The notes beneath the pieces are model-generated. The model was not told the origin of the DNA. It saw nothing but the letters and a program-made list of their open reading frames with translations, and searched no databases. From a virus: a stretch of 50,354 nt of DNA. The stretch covers positions 1 through 50,354 of the IMG/VR virus record IMGVR_UViG_3300020138_000002, one strand, 5' to 3'. Shown one piece after another: positions 17,528 to 26,318 of the stretch (position 1 is its first letter; each line of letters opens with the position of its first letter). A program made the position numbers and the translations under genes.

Positions 17528-18093
17528 GCCCCTCCTCCTTCTCCTTGTGTGGCGGGTCCCCATGTTGCGAGCGCGGTGTACCCGGTCGGGTCGCCCGGAT
17601 CCGGGCTGATTGTTATGTCAAGTTCATCGATTGGTGGCGGTACGTCAGTAGGCCCCCAAATCGCCATGGCCGTGTACCCCGTCGGGTCGGACGGGTCCGG
17701 ACTGATCCGCAAATCGAGCATCTCGGACAGCGGGACCTCGAATGAGATCGTGACGTTGCGGGACGGGTCATCTTCGTCGACGATCAGGGCCGTATGCGTT
17801 CCTTCCTGCCCGGTCTCGTAGACGTGCGACAGTGTCCCGGTCGCTGGCTGACCCGCCTGTAGGTCGCCGCCGTCCCACCGGACCGACACGGTCGAACCGC
17901 TAGTGTTTTGCCACGTCAGGAGAGCCGTGTACCCGGTCGGGTCGGACGGGTCACGCTCGACGGACGCGATGATGTCCTCCGGACAGCCGGCCAGAGAGAC
18001 CAGCGCCATCGCCCGCTGCTCACCGACCGTAGCGACCGCGAGAACTTCGGGGCAGCCTCGCGTGTACGTGTGCGGAATCTGGTAGTCAGCCAT
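17524..18093 (-). CDS. virion-module protein with three DPxDPTGYTA motifs (189 aa)
   Basis: Start trimmed to ATG 18093, forming an ATGA overlap with the upstream stop codon. Contains ERDPSDPTGYTALLTW, ISPDPSDPTGYTAMAIW and ISPDPGDPTGYTALATW. Confidence 0.6.
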   Translation of the reverse strand: MADYQIPHTYTRGCPEVLAVATVGEQRAMALVSLAGCPEDIIASVERDPSDPTGYTALLTWQNTSGSTVSVRWDGGDLQAGQPATGTLSHVYETGQEGTHTALIVDEDDPSRNVTISFEVPLSEMLDLRISPDPSDPTGYTAMAIWGPTDVPPPIDELDITISPDPGDPTGYTALATWGPATQGEGGGA

Positions 18094-19163
18094 CAGTCGC
18101 CCCAATCAATCGTGGGCTGTCCGGTCGCGCCGGTCACGGTCCCGACGACGTCGAGCGGTACAGCACCCGACGACGGCTCGATCGTGAACCCGAGCGTTTG
18201 CGGTAGGCACCAGTGCTCGCCTCGGTACAGGCGCGGGTTACTCTCAGGCCAGATCCCGAGGTTGTGGCAGCCCTCGTCGACGTACTGGTAGCACACCTCT
18301 TCGTCCGCGCTGAACGTCTGCGTCGGGGACCCGTCGCCGAAATCCACCACCCACATTCCGCCGTCGGCCAGAACCTGGACGCACATCTGCATCGCGTTGT
18401 CGCCCGGCCGGATGAACACCAGCGGGGCAGCAGGATTGGACAGCGGTGTCGGACCGCATGTCGGTTCGGGCGGGGCGACATCAACGGTGGTGGCGCGTTT
18501 GCCGGAGTTGCGGGCGACGGGTGTGATCCATTGCCCGGGCATTGGTGGCGCTCCGGGGTTGAGTTGGACGTCGTAGGGTCCGCGTCCCCAGGAGTTGGTG
18601 ACGTTCGCCGTCGCCGTCACCGTGAACGGGGTCGCTTCGCTACCGTAAGTGAAATCTCCGGATTCTTGGAACCCGGACATGTTGTAAAACCCCAGGTAGC
18701 CCCACTCGCCTTCACCGATCAGATCCTGCTGATCGTCAGGCGTCTCGCATCCTCCGGTCGACGAATCATCACGACCCATCCACCCCTCCATCGCGGTGTT
18801 CCGCCTCGACAAACCGGTGGTCTCATCCCAACCGACCTGGTCAAACAGGTGGTCGAACACTGGCGAGTTCGCTTCGTTCAACGCGCTCATCATCGCCGGG
18901 TCGACCGAACACAGACCCATGGTGATCGTGTAGTTGAGGATCTGCGGCGTGACGGTTCGTGTCCGGCAGACACGGCCCGACGGGCGGACCAGCTGCGGCG
19001 ACTCCGGCTCGTTCACGTTTCTCGTCACTTGGACGCTAATCGGCTCATCGACCACCCACGTCGAGTTCGGACCGTAAATCGGCCGACCACAATTGTCCAC
19101 AAGAGTGAACCGGATGACCTCGAAAAACGTCGGCGAGAACGTCCTACAACGGATAGGCATCAC
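18093..19163 (-). CDS. structural protein with a C-terminal PKD/Ig-like domain (candidate major tail tube or decoration protein), 356 aa
   Basis: Beta-rich N-terminal part (FEVIRFTLVDNCGRPIYGPNSTWVVDEPISVQVTRNV...ITMGLCSVDPAMMSAL). The C-terminal VVDFGDGSPTQTF matches the PKD WDFGDG signature. Start is GTG 19163 or ATG 19160, overlapping the upstream stop codon. Confidence 0.45.
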   Translation of the reverse strand: MMPIRCRTFSPTFFEVIRFTLVDNCGRPIYGPNSTWVVDEPISVQVTRNVNEPESPQLVRPSGRVCRTRTVTPQILNYTITMGLCSVDPAMMSALNEANSPVFDHLFDQVGWDETTGLSRRNTAMEGWMGRDDSSTGGCETPDDQQDLIGEGEWGYLGFYNMSGFQESGDFTYGSEATPFTVTATANVTNSWGRGPYDVQLNPGAPPMPGQWITPVARNSGKRATTVDVAPPEPTCGPTPLSNPAAPLVFIRPGDNAMQMCVQVLADGGMWVVDFGDGSPTQTFSADEEVCYQYVDEGCHNLGIWPESNPRLYRGEHWCLPQTLGFTIEPSSGAVPLDVVGTVTGATGQPTIDWGD

Positions 19164-19453
19164 GCACCACCTCCCACACGGGCCCTACCCGTGGCCTTGC
19201 GTCGTCCCGGTGACACGCGCCGCTGTTCGCGGACGGTCCCCGAGCGTCCCTCCCACTCCTCGTACACGTCAGGGTGCATCAGGATCGAATGCGCGATCCG
19301 GTTTTTGCGGACCGTCGTCGGGGTCCCCGGTTGCGGAACAACCATCGGAAGCCCACGCCGCGACGCGATCACGTTTGCGGCGGCGGCGACGCTAGCGGGC
19401 CGCTGAAAATCCTCCAGAAACACGCGAATCCATGTGGACCGGTCATCTGTCAT
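19160..19453 (-). CDS. hypothetical virion-module protein (97 aa)
   Basis: Start trimmed to ATG 19453 with the strong RBS GAGAGGAGGAGAC, 11 nt after the upstream stop codon. Confidence 0.55.
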   Translation of the reverse strand: MTDDRSTWIRVFLEDFQRPASVAAAANVIASRRGLPMVVPQPGTPTTVRKNRIAHSILMHPDVYEEWEGRSGTVREQRRVSPGRRKATGRARVGGGA

Positions 19454-19464
19454 GTCTCCTCCTC

Positions 19465-20448
19465 TCATGGGGTAGCGGTCAAATCGACATTGACCGCGAC
19501 GTACGGGCATTGGATTGACACGGTGTACGCGCGCTCGGCGAGGACGAGCGACCGGTTACGTCGGTAGTCGTATCGTGCTTCGTCGGGTGTGATCGTGATC
19601 GGTCCGCGCCAGACCCGGACGGCGCCGGTCCCGTACAGCCACGCGCTGGCGAAGTCGGGCGTGTCGTCGAGGGTCGGCATCTCTGCGGGAGCGGTTCCCG
19701 GAGCGACGCTGACGTATCCGCGGCCGAATGCCCACCCGTGACCGAGCTGCGTGACCAGGCGAGATGCTTCCCGGCGCTCCCAATCCTCGAACCACGGGTA
19801 GACCCATGACGGCGCGTGGATCACGCCGGGTCCGCCGTAGTCCCGCATCCCCCACTCCAGGGCCGCCAACGCCGTCTTCGGCGCCACCGGGTCAGTCCCG
19901 ACGGGCAAGACCGGAGCGGACGACAGGTCAGCGACCGACCATTCCGCGAGCGCGGTATACCCGGTCGGGTCGACCGGGTCGGGACGGATCGTCAGGTCCA
20001 TCCCGCCTTCGCCCGTCGGAGGCCCTGCCAGGAACGGTGACGCGCCGCACGACCCGGTCATTACCGCGTACTCGACGGCAGCCCACTCGAGCGCTTCGAT
20101 GCGTTCACGTGCGCGCCGTTCAGCGTTGGCGATCGCGTGCGTTCCGAAACAACGCGGGCCGGTCGCGACGATCGAGAACGACGCGGATTCCACCCATTCT
20201 TGGCCGTGCTGGTCAGCGAATTTGTCGCCGGTGTGGTCACAGTCATGCGACCAGCAATTCAGCCGTCCACAGTTGTTGACTTCGTGGGTGACGCCACGCA
20301 TCGACAGTCGGTCACCGGGCGACAGGTTCTCCGACGGTGATGTCTCCTCCGTCAAGAATGCTTGCGATTGGAGACCGTACCCGCGGACACGGTCATCGGG
20401 GACCCGTGACGGGTCGATCAGGGCCGGTGGTCCTGTGATAGCGGCCAT
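19465..20448 (-). CDS. HK97-fold major capsid protein candidate (327 aa)
   Basis: Strong RBS GGGAGGGGGTGAGGAATA-ATG. Layout: ...FSIVATGPRC...ARERIEALEWAAVEYAVMTG...ALAALEWGMRDYGGPGVIHAP...LVTQLGHGWAFGRGY...WLYGTGAVRVWRG...YDYRRNRSLVLAERAYTVSIQCPYVAVNV. This matches the conserved C-terminal pattern of actinophage HK97-type capsid proteins, from memory. Confidence 0.55.
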   Translation of the reverse strand: MAAITGPPALIDPSRVPDDRVRGYGLQSQAFLTEETSPSENLSPGDRLSMRGVTHEVNNCGRLNCWSHDCDHTGDKFADQHGQEWVESASFSIVATGPRCFGTHAIANAERRARERIEALEWAAVEYAVMTGSCGASPFLAGPPTGEGGMDLTIRPDPVDPTGYTALAEWSVADLSSAPVLPVGTDPVAPKTALAALEWGMRDYGGPGVIHAPSWVYPWFEDWERREASRLVTQLGHGWAFGRGYVSVAPGTAPAEMPTLDDTPDFASAWLYGTGAVRVWRGPITITPDEARYDYRRNRSLVLAERAYTVSIQCPYVAVNVDLTATP

Positions 20449-20490
20449 TATTCCTCACCCCCTCCCTGTGCTGTAGCGATGGCCATCTGG

Positions 20491-22356
20491 TCATCCCGTC
20501 GTCGCGGCGAGCGCCCGCAAGGCCGTGAGTTCTTCCGCGGTGAGGCCGGTGACCGGGTTGATCCCGGCGCCGCCAGCATCGCCGCCGCCGCACGGGTACT
20601 CGAACAGCGAACCGGATCGACCGGCCGTGCAGATGTCGAGCGTGAGGTGGACCGCTTCGTAGCAGTGCGGGATGAGATTCCACTCAGTCTCGGCGAACCA
20701 CTCGAGCTGACGGTTCTGTTTCTGCAGGTCAAAATCCCAACGGGCGCGGATGTCGAGGAAGTCGTCCCGGACACCAGCGAATGTCCCTTGAGGCCAGATC
20801 AGCAGTTCCATTGTGTCCGGGTAGACCCCGTTCTCCAGCGAAACGTCGGATCCGATCCACGTCCGCATTGCCGGGTCGGGGACGTCCACCAGGGCGGTCT
20901 GCCACGGCATCTGAGGCCAGAAACGAACGGTCATACCGTTGCTGAGGATCGTGTTGATCGGGTCGCGCGTGAGCGTCATCATCGTCAGGTCGGCCCCGAC
21001 GCGTTTCGCGGCGTCCGCCTGAATCGCCGCGTATGCCCAAAATGGAATTGCGACGTTCCATATTGTCGACTCGTAGTTGAGCAGCGTCCGCGCCGAAATC
21101 GACATGATCGCGAACCCGATCTTCTCCTTCAACGCCTGCAGGATCCCCCACCCGGCGGTGTCCCACCGCAGCTCACCGTTCTGGGAGTCGGCGATTTCGA
21201 TCGCCGTCGACAGCATCTGCCAGTTGATCCACATGTCGTAAATCAACTCGAACTTACGAATCGCGTCGTCAATGGACTCCGGGAACGCCTTGCGCTGCAG
21301 CGTCCCCGAGGTGACGCAGATGTGGCAGATCCGGTTACGGTGGTCCACCCACGTCGGGCAGTCGATGTGCGTGCACGCCTTCTCCGTGCCGTCTTGGTCG
21401 CGCTCAATCTCTTCCTGCTCGGTGCGGCATTCGATTCCCGCACCCCACATGGTGCCAATCGACGGCGACACCGGCAGCTCGACGCCCCCGCGCTCGGCCG
21501 CGATCATCGGGATCGAGTCGCCGAACCTGCCCCACGGGGCCGGGACCCGGCAGAACTCGTACAGCTGTGTGGACGGCGAGCAGAAACCGTTGGCGAATTT
21601 CTCGCTGTGGTACGCGATGGCGTCCTGGAGGACTGCACCGGCCTGCTGCCTCGACATGTTCGCTCCGACGCGGAACGGGTTGGCGCCTTCACGAGCTTTG
21701 AATTGGACCAGTTCGATCCCGGTCGCCGCGCTCGACCCGGCGTTACGCAGCAGGTCCATCTGCCTGTCGACGTGTCGGGTGAGGTCGGCCATGGTGTGGA
21801 GTTCGCCGCCGGAGCCGCCCGCGAACGCCTGGTAGTAGTCGTTAGCGGCTTTCGCGTTGGCGAAGCTGGCGGCCGCCCCGGGACGCAGCGTCATTTTGAC
21901 CTGCTCGGGGTCACGACGACCACCACCGCCGCGGGCCTTGAACGCTTCGGCGGAGATCAGGTCACCGGTGACGGGAACGTCACCGCCGACGTCGTTGCTG
22001 TCCGCCTGGTCATTTTCGAGCGTCACCGCTCCACCTCCATCATCGGTGTTCTCTGTCTCGTCGGCGTCGTCGGTCGCCTCCAGTTCGGCCGCCGCATCGT
22101 CGCCGGTACCGGTGTCGTCGCTGTTCTCCGGTTCGGTCGCTGGTGCCGTCGCATCGACCAGGACACGGACCGCCCGGACCGCTTCGGCGGTGACCGTCGG
22201 GTCGGTGTCGACCGTGGCGGCCATGTCCCGGATCCGTCCGCGGGCTGCCTCGTGGATCTCGGCGGCGTCAACGCCGCGGTCAGCGAGGAACGACCGGACG
22301 GTGTCCGCGCTGGCCTGCTGCTCGATGATCCACGTGATCAGTTCGTCGCTGGTCAC
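20491..22356 (-). CDS. large capsid-module protein: acidic N-terminal extension of about 190 aa plus a capsid-like domain of about 430 aa (second major-capsid candidate), 621 aa
   Basis: GTG start forms a GTGA overlap with the upstream small ORF. It is the next large ORF after the protease/scaffold gene, separated from it only by the low-confidence small ORF 22353..22601. The C-terminal block ...WDFDLQKQNRQLEWFAETEWNLIPHCYEAVHLTLDI shares the D..N...(L)..AE......A.... ending seen in the 327-aa protein and in lambda gpE/HK97-like capsids. Confidence 0.45.
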   Translation of the reverse strand: MTSDELITWIIEQQASADTVRSFLADRGVDAAEIHEAARGRIRDMAATVDTDPTVTAEAVRAVRVLVDATAPATEPENSDDTGTGDDAAAELEATDDADETENTDDGGGAVTLENDQADSNDVGGDVPVTGDLISAEAFKARGGGGRRDPEQVKMTLRPGAAASFANAKAANDYYQAFAGGSGGELHTMADLTRHVDRQMDLLRNAGSSAATGIELVQFKAREGANPFRVGANMSRQQAGAVLQDAIAYHSEKFANGFCSPSTQLYEFCRVPAPWGRFGDSIPMIAAERGGVELPVSPSIGTMWGAGIECRTEQEEIERDQDGTEKACTHIDCPTWVDHRNRICHICVTSGTLQRKAFPESIDDAIRKFELIYDMWINWQMLSTAIEIADSQNGELRWDTAGWGILQALKEKIGFAIMSISARTLLNYESTIWNVAIPFWAYAAIQADAAKRVGADLTMMTLTRDPINTILSNGMTVRFWPQMPWQTALVDVPDPAMRTWIGSDVSLENGVYPDTMELLIWPQGTFAGVRDDFLDIRARWDFDLQKQNRQLEWFAETEWNLIPHCYEAVHLTLDICTAGRSGSLFEYPCGGGDAGGAGINPVTGLTAEELTALRALAATTG

Positions 22357-22601
22357 GACGCCTCCTTTGCTTTGGCGCGGCGGTAAACCCGCTGACAGGT
22401 GCCCTTGTTGAGCGACGCGAGACGGATCGCGTGCAGCTCCTCGGTGCGACCCCCGTAAAACGTTTCGGTCACCATTTGGCCGTTCTTCCGGTACCGGACA
22501 ATGTACTCACTCTGTACGGTCTGGTCGGGTTTCTTCACGGACCGTGTCCCCGTTGATGCGCGGATCACCGGTGACGATGTGTCCGCCCTACAGCACCCCA
22601 T
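22353..22601 (-). CDS. possible small protein between the protease and capsid genes (about 82 aa; alternative GTG start at 22538)
   Basis: It fills the gap between 22588 and 22356, and its TGA overlaps the GTG of the next gene. The N-terminal limit is uncertain and the RBS is weak. Confidence 0.3.
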   Translation of the reverse strand: MGCCRADTSSPVIRASTGTRSVKKPDQTVQSEYIVRYRKNGQMVTETFYGGRTEELHAIRLASLNKGTCQRVYRRAKAKEAS

Positions 22602-23820
22602 TGAGAGCCTCCAATGCGTCCCGGGCTTCCTTAACGCGCGCGAACTCGGCCATCTCGGCGTTGTCGCGGTCGGCGAGACGCGCCATGACCGCGTCAGCGA
22701 TCCGTTCGATACTCGCCTCGCTGATCTCCACACCAACGTCATCGCCGGTTTCGGCAATCACGTCGGCAATGTCTTCGATGCCAGGCTCGGCGACGGCGAA
22801 ATCTTGACTGTCGGTGTCTTCTTGCGTCATGTCCTCTCCTCTCTGTGCGATTGTCGGGTCGTCGAGGGCGTCCGCGGCGCGCTCGTACAGGGTGTTGATG
22901 CGTTCCCGGACGCGCTCGCGGTCCTCACTCGTCATGCCGTTCTCGGTCTGATCGAGCCGTCCGGCAGCGGCTGCAAGGCCCCGGTACACGGCCCGGAGTT
23001 CACCGTCGATGACGTCCGCATACCCGAGTGAGTACGCGGATTGGGTGGTCGGGTCGGCGTCTTCGTTGCGCCAGAGGAACGCGCGTGCCATGCGGTCGGG
23101 GTCGCCGTCAGCCCATTCCTGCACGCGCCGGGCGGCGCCGGGTCCATCCCAAGCGTGGTCGCGGGCCGCCCACGGAAGGTCGGTGTCGCCGATGACCGCG
23201 AACGGGACGGAACTGTTGATCATCGCGAACGGGACGGCGACCTGTTGACTCGATGATGCCCCGCCGGTGTCCATGGTGATGGTGACGCGGCGAGCGCCCG
23301 ACGTGAACGTGACGGAGTGCCCGCTGAACGCGGTAGACGGGATTCGACGCACTGCCGACACCGGGGTGATCCGGTCCTCATCGGTGACCGGGTAGACACG
23401 GGCAGCAGCGAAAGCAGGGTCGCCAACGAACGTCACACCGGTGAGGCGCCACTGCCGGTAGGCCGGTTGTCGGCCGCGCTGCGTCGTGACGTATTCGCCG
23501 CCGTCGGTCTCGATGTCGGCGGACACCCACCCGAGAAACCCGTCGCGGATTTTCCGGGCGAGTGTCTGGCCGCGCTCGTCGCCGACGTCGATCGGTCCGG
23601 ACGCCCACAGGCCGTCATCAGTCGTCCACACGCGCGTGATGGACGCCAGACCCTGTTCGGCGTTGTCGTGACCGTCGGCCGACTGCCACTGAACCTTAAC
23701 CGGAAGCGGCAGTTCACGCGACAGCTCCATGGTCGTGGGTAGGACGATCCTCGGGTCTCCTACCGCTGAGATCGACCCGTACGGCAGGACTAGACCCTCC
23801 CACCCGATCACATCATCCAT
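22588..23820 (-). CDS. capsid maturation protease (S78/HK97 gp4-like) fused to an acidic scaffold-like C-terminus (410 aa)
   Basis: Start trimmed to ATG 23820 (MDDVIGW), an 8-nt overlap with the MuF stop codon. PVKVQWQSADGHDNAEQGLASITRVWTTDDGLWASGPIDVGDERGQTLARKIRDGFLGWVSADI fits the S78 His...Ser layout. The C-terminal third is Asp/Glu-rich and helical. Confidence 0.6.
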   Translation of the reverse strand: MDDVIGWEGLVLPYGSISAVGDPRIVLPTTMELSRELPLPVKVQWQSADGHDNAEQGLASITRVWTTDDGLWASGPIDVGDERGQTLARKIRDGFLGWVSADIETDGGEYVTTQRGRQPAYRQWRLTGVTFVGDPAFAAARVYPVTDEDRITPVSAVRRIPSTAFSGHSVTFTSGARRVTITMDTGGASSSQQVAVPFAMINSSVPFAVIGDTDLPWAARDHAWDGPGAARRVQEWADGDPDRMARAFLWRNEDADPTTQSAYSLGYADVIDGELRAVYRGLAAAAGRLDQTENGMTSEDRERVRERINTLYERAADALDDPTIAQRGEDMTQEDTDSQDFAVAEPGIEDIADVIAETGDDVGVEISEASIERIADAVMARLADRDNAEMAEFARVKEARDALEALNGVL

Positions 23821-24766
23821 TCGTTTCCTCGGCCTCGTCTCGAGTAATGAGCAGCGTTGAGCAGCGGCAGTTGATGACTTCTTGCGGCGGACCGAGTGGG
23901 TCACCCGGGTACCGCAGTGTCGCTCCGCCGACGCTGAACCGTCCTCCAGGAGGGACGACCTGTCCATGCGCGGCACGGTGCGTCGCCCTGACACGGTCGT
24001 CTTGGGACGTCCACCATCGCTTGTACCATTCGCGGCCGGTCGCGGCCGTCGATTCGCGCGCGAACGCGTCGACCCCGGCGTTGACCGCGCCGGCGACTTC
24101 TGTCCGGGCGATCCGGTCGGCACGCCATTCCCACCGTCGCCGGGACCGGTCGGCGGTGTCGGCGAGTTCGCGGATCCGTGCCCGTAGCGACGCCTCAACC
24201 GCAGGTGGAACGCCTTGCTCGATCCGGTCGTATAGGGCGTCCATCTCGTCCTCGGTGACGCGTGTCAGCGCGGTGACGTTGAGGGCGTCTCCGACGCGTT
24301 CGCGGAGCGCTCGGGCGTCGAGCCCGGCCGCGATCCCGGCGTCGAGTTCGTCGCGGACCTCCGCCCACGCCTCCTGCGGCCATTCGCGGAGACGTGACTC
24401 GACGACGCGCAGGTGTTGTTGTGCGTACGCCAGGCTCGACACGCGTCCCTCAGTTCCGGTCGCGGGGACGAGTAGCGGAGCCACGGACGGTGTCGCCGGT
24501 GGTTGCTGTCGCCGCATCCCCAGCGTGAGGACGTAGTCGATGATCGCTGCGATCAGGTCGGCGATCGCCCCGCCGGTGATGAGTCGCTGCCACGTGAGGG
24601 ACCGACCGGACCACGCGGCCATGTTCGGCGGTCCGGTGGGAGGTAGGACGGCGTCACGGATCTCGTTCAGGACGATTCGCATCCCGTCCTGGATCAGACG
24701 CGCCATGACGGGTTCCTGTTCCCGCATGTAGTCCTCGGCGTCTCCGGGTCCCCATGGCTCAGGCAC
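23813..24766 (-). CDS. MuF-like / SPP1 gp7-like minor capsid protein (317 aa)
   Basis: Immediately after the portal gene, with an 8-nt overlap. The C-terminal ...THRAAHGQVVP...PGDPLGPPQEVINCRCSTLLI contains the hallmark NCRC motif of the Phage_Mu_F domain. Confidence 0.8.
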   Translation of the reverse strand: MPEPWGPGDAEDYMREQEPVMARLIQDGMRIVLNEIRDAVLPPTGPPNMAAWSGRSLTWQRLITGGAIADLIAAIIDYVLTLGMRRQQPPATPSVAPLLVPATGTEGRVSSLAYAQQHLRVVESRLREWPQEAWAEVRDELDAGIAAGLDARALRERVGDALNVTALTRVTEDEMDALYDRIEQGVPPAVEASLRARIRELADTADRSRRRWEWRADRIARTEVAGAVNAGVDAFARESTAATGREWYKRWWTSQDDRVRATHRAAHGQVVPPGGRFSVGGATLRYPGDPLGPPQEVINCRCSTLLITRDEAEETNG

Positions 24767-26315
24767 GTCGTGACCCCGCGGTGGGGAATCCGGGTGACCT
24801 GATCACAGGACCGGAGCCGGGAATGGTGGGGACGGCCGGGGTGACTCCGTTGATGCGCGGCACCTGGCCGGTCGTGGTGGTTGCGTCCGTGTCGGGGTCG
24901 TCCCCGGCAGTGGGCGCCATGTCGGGCTCTTCGGGTTCGGACGGCAGACCGGCGGCCCGGCGTACCTCCTGGGCGGTGACCAGGGACGGGTCGGTCCTGC
25001 GCAGCTCGATGAGGGTGGCGGACCGGTCGGGATCCTGGACGAGTGCGGACGTGTCGTACCAGATCGTCGTCCTCTTGATCTGGTCGACTGGGACTTTCCG
25101 CTTGGCCATCCTCCACTCGCACCACAGTTGTTGGACGAGTAGGCAGAGTTCGGCGGCGGCGGGGGCGATGACGATGCGGGCCCCGTCGAGGCCTTCGTAC
25201 AGCGCATTCCAATGGTTCGGATCCGATGACCCATTTGCGACTTCAGCTGGTGCGGAGAATGCGGTAGCGACGCGTTTAGCCGCCCAGTTGAGGACGTCGA
25301 GCGTCCGCTCGTCGTAGCCGACGGACGTGTCAAGCACTTCGATCGCGTTGCCGATAGGCGCTTTATCTGACCGGATCGATGTCCGGAACACCATCGGTGT
25401 CCGGGAGATCGGGTCGCGGCGGTGGTCGACGCGTTGCCCCATCGTGTCGACGAGACCAGCAAGGACAGGGTCCTCGCCTTCGGGGGCGTGCGGGCCGCCG
25501 AACCCGGGGATCGTGACGTCGGACGACACGGCGATCATCGGAGCGGTCCCGATCCGAGACATCGCCAGGGCGTTGAGCGAGTCAGCAACGTTGCGCAGCA
25601 GCTCAGCATCATCGAGCGCTGCCCGCATCGGAGCGTCAACCCGTTCGGGCGACCGGGGATCGCGGTAACGGTAGTGGTAGAACACGATGTCGTCGGGGAC
25701 TTTGTCCGGGTCGAACGTGCGGGTGATGCGTCCCCGTGGCGTCTCCCACGTGAGCGTGATCTCCGGTCGGTTTCGGAGCGCTCCTGACACGGGTGACGCG
25801 TCACGGATCATCCACAGCCACTCGTCGAGGATCGCGTACCGGATTCGCTCTTCCGGTGTTGGTTCGACGGCGGCGATGATGCACTGCCCGGCGACCAGCC
25901 GGTACAGGTACCAGAGACCGAGCATCCGGGCCTGATGGAGAGGACCACCGAACAGTTCGCGTACGGGCTGGATCAGGGGCTCGTTGTCGGGGTCGTTCAC
26001 GTCGAGTGGTTGGGGTTCGCCTCCGTCGTCGGGGATGCTACCGGCGTAGAGCCGGACACGTGACATGGCGTTGGTCAGCCAGTCGACAGTGGCGCGGACT
26101 TCCGGTATGTCGCGGTAGGCATCCCACGCGGCTTCGGTCCAGTTGTGGTCGGATCGTGCGCGTCGGGACGCGTCGATGGTGTCGCCGAGGGTCGTTGACC
26201 GGACCGGTTCAGGTCCGCGAGTAACCGGTGCCGGTGGTTGGGCGGGGAACTCGTATTCGCCGGTGTTGGTGTTGCTGCGGCTGAACTGTTCGGTGAAGCG
26301 CCGCCAGATTCCCAT
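24759..26315 (-). CDS. portal protein (518 aa)
   Basis: Called on size and position: downstream of terL, with one small membrane-protein gene (26319..26792) between, and upstream of MuF. RBS GCAGGAGTAGCCA-ATG. No single diagnostic motif was read. Confidence 0.7.
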   Translation of the reverse strand: MGIWRRFTEQFSRSNTNTGEYEFPAQPPAPVTRGPEPVRSTTLGDTIDASRRARSDHNWTEAAWDAYRDIPEVRATVDWLTNAMSRVRLYAGSIPDDGGEPQPLDVNDPDNEPLIQPVRELFGGPLHQARMLGLWYLYRLVAGQCIIAAVEPTPEERIRYAILDEWLWMIRDASPVSGALRNRPEITLTWETPRGRITRTFDPDKVPDDIVFYHYRYRDPRSPERVDAPMRAALDDAELLRNVADSLNALAMSRIGTAPMIAVSSDVTIPGFGGPHAPEGEDPVLAGLVDTMGQRVDHRRDPISRTPMVFRTSIRSDKAPIGNAIEVLDTSVGYDERTLDVLNWAAKRVATAFSAPAEVANGSSDPNHWNALYEGLDGARIVIAPAAAELCLLVQQLWCEWRMAKRKVPVDQIKRTTIWYDTSALVQDPDRSATLIELRRTDPSLVTAQEVRRAAGLPSEPEEPDMAPTAGDDPDTDATTTTGQVPRINGVTPAVPTIPGSGPVIRSPGFPTAGSRRA

Positions 26316-26318
26316 TGG

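Noticed and set aside
15545-17821. Several 170-320-aa ORFs on the plus strand and in other minus-strand frames across the Ig-repeat gene
   Set aside because: The DNA repeats keep alternative frames open, so these are shadow frames. Only the 657-aa frame gives recognisable Ig/FN3 domain periodicity and a strong RBS.
20479-22386. 635-aa plus-strand ORF
   Set aside because: It lies exactly antisense to the 621-aa capsid-module gene. Its composition is Arg/Pro/Gly/Val-rich, typical of the mirror frame in high-GC DNA. It has no RBS and no promoter, and it would break the otherwise uninterrupted minus-strand late operon.
22588-24198. N-terminal 126-residue extension of the protease ORF (536 aa in the track)
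   Set aside because: The extension overlaps the MuF-like gene in another frame and is Arg/Pro/Gly-rich. ATG 23820 gives the usual short stop-start overlap, and the S78-like sequence begins there.
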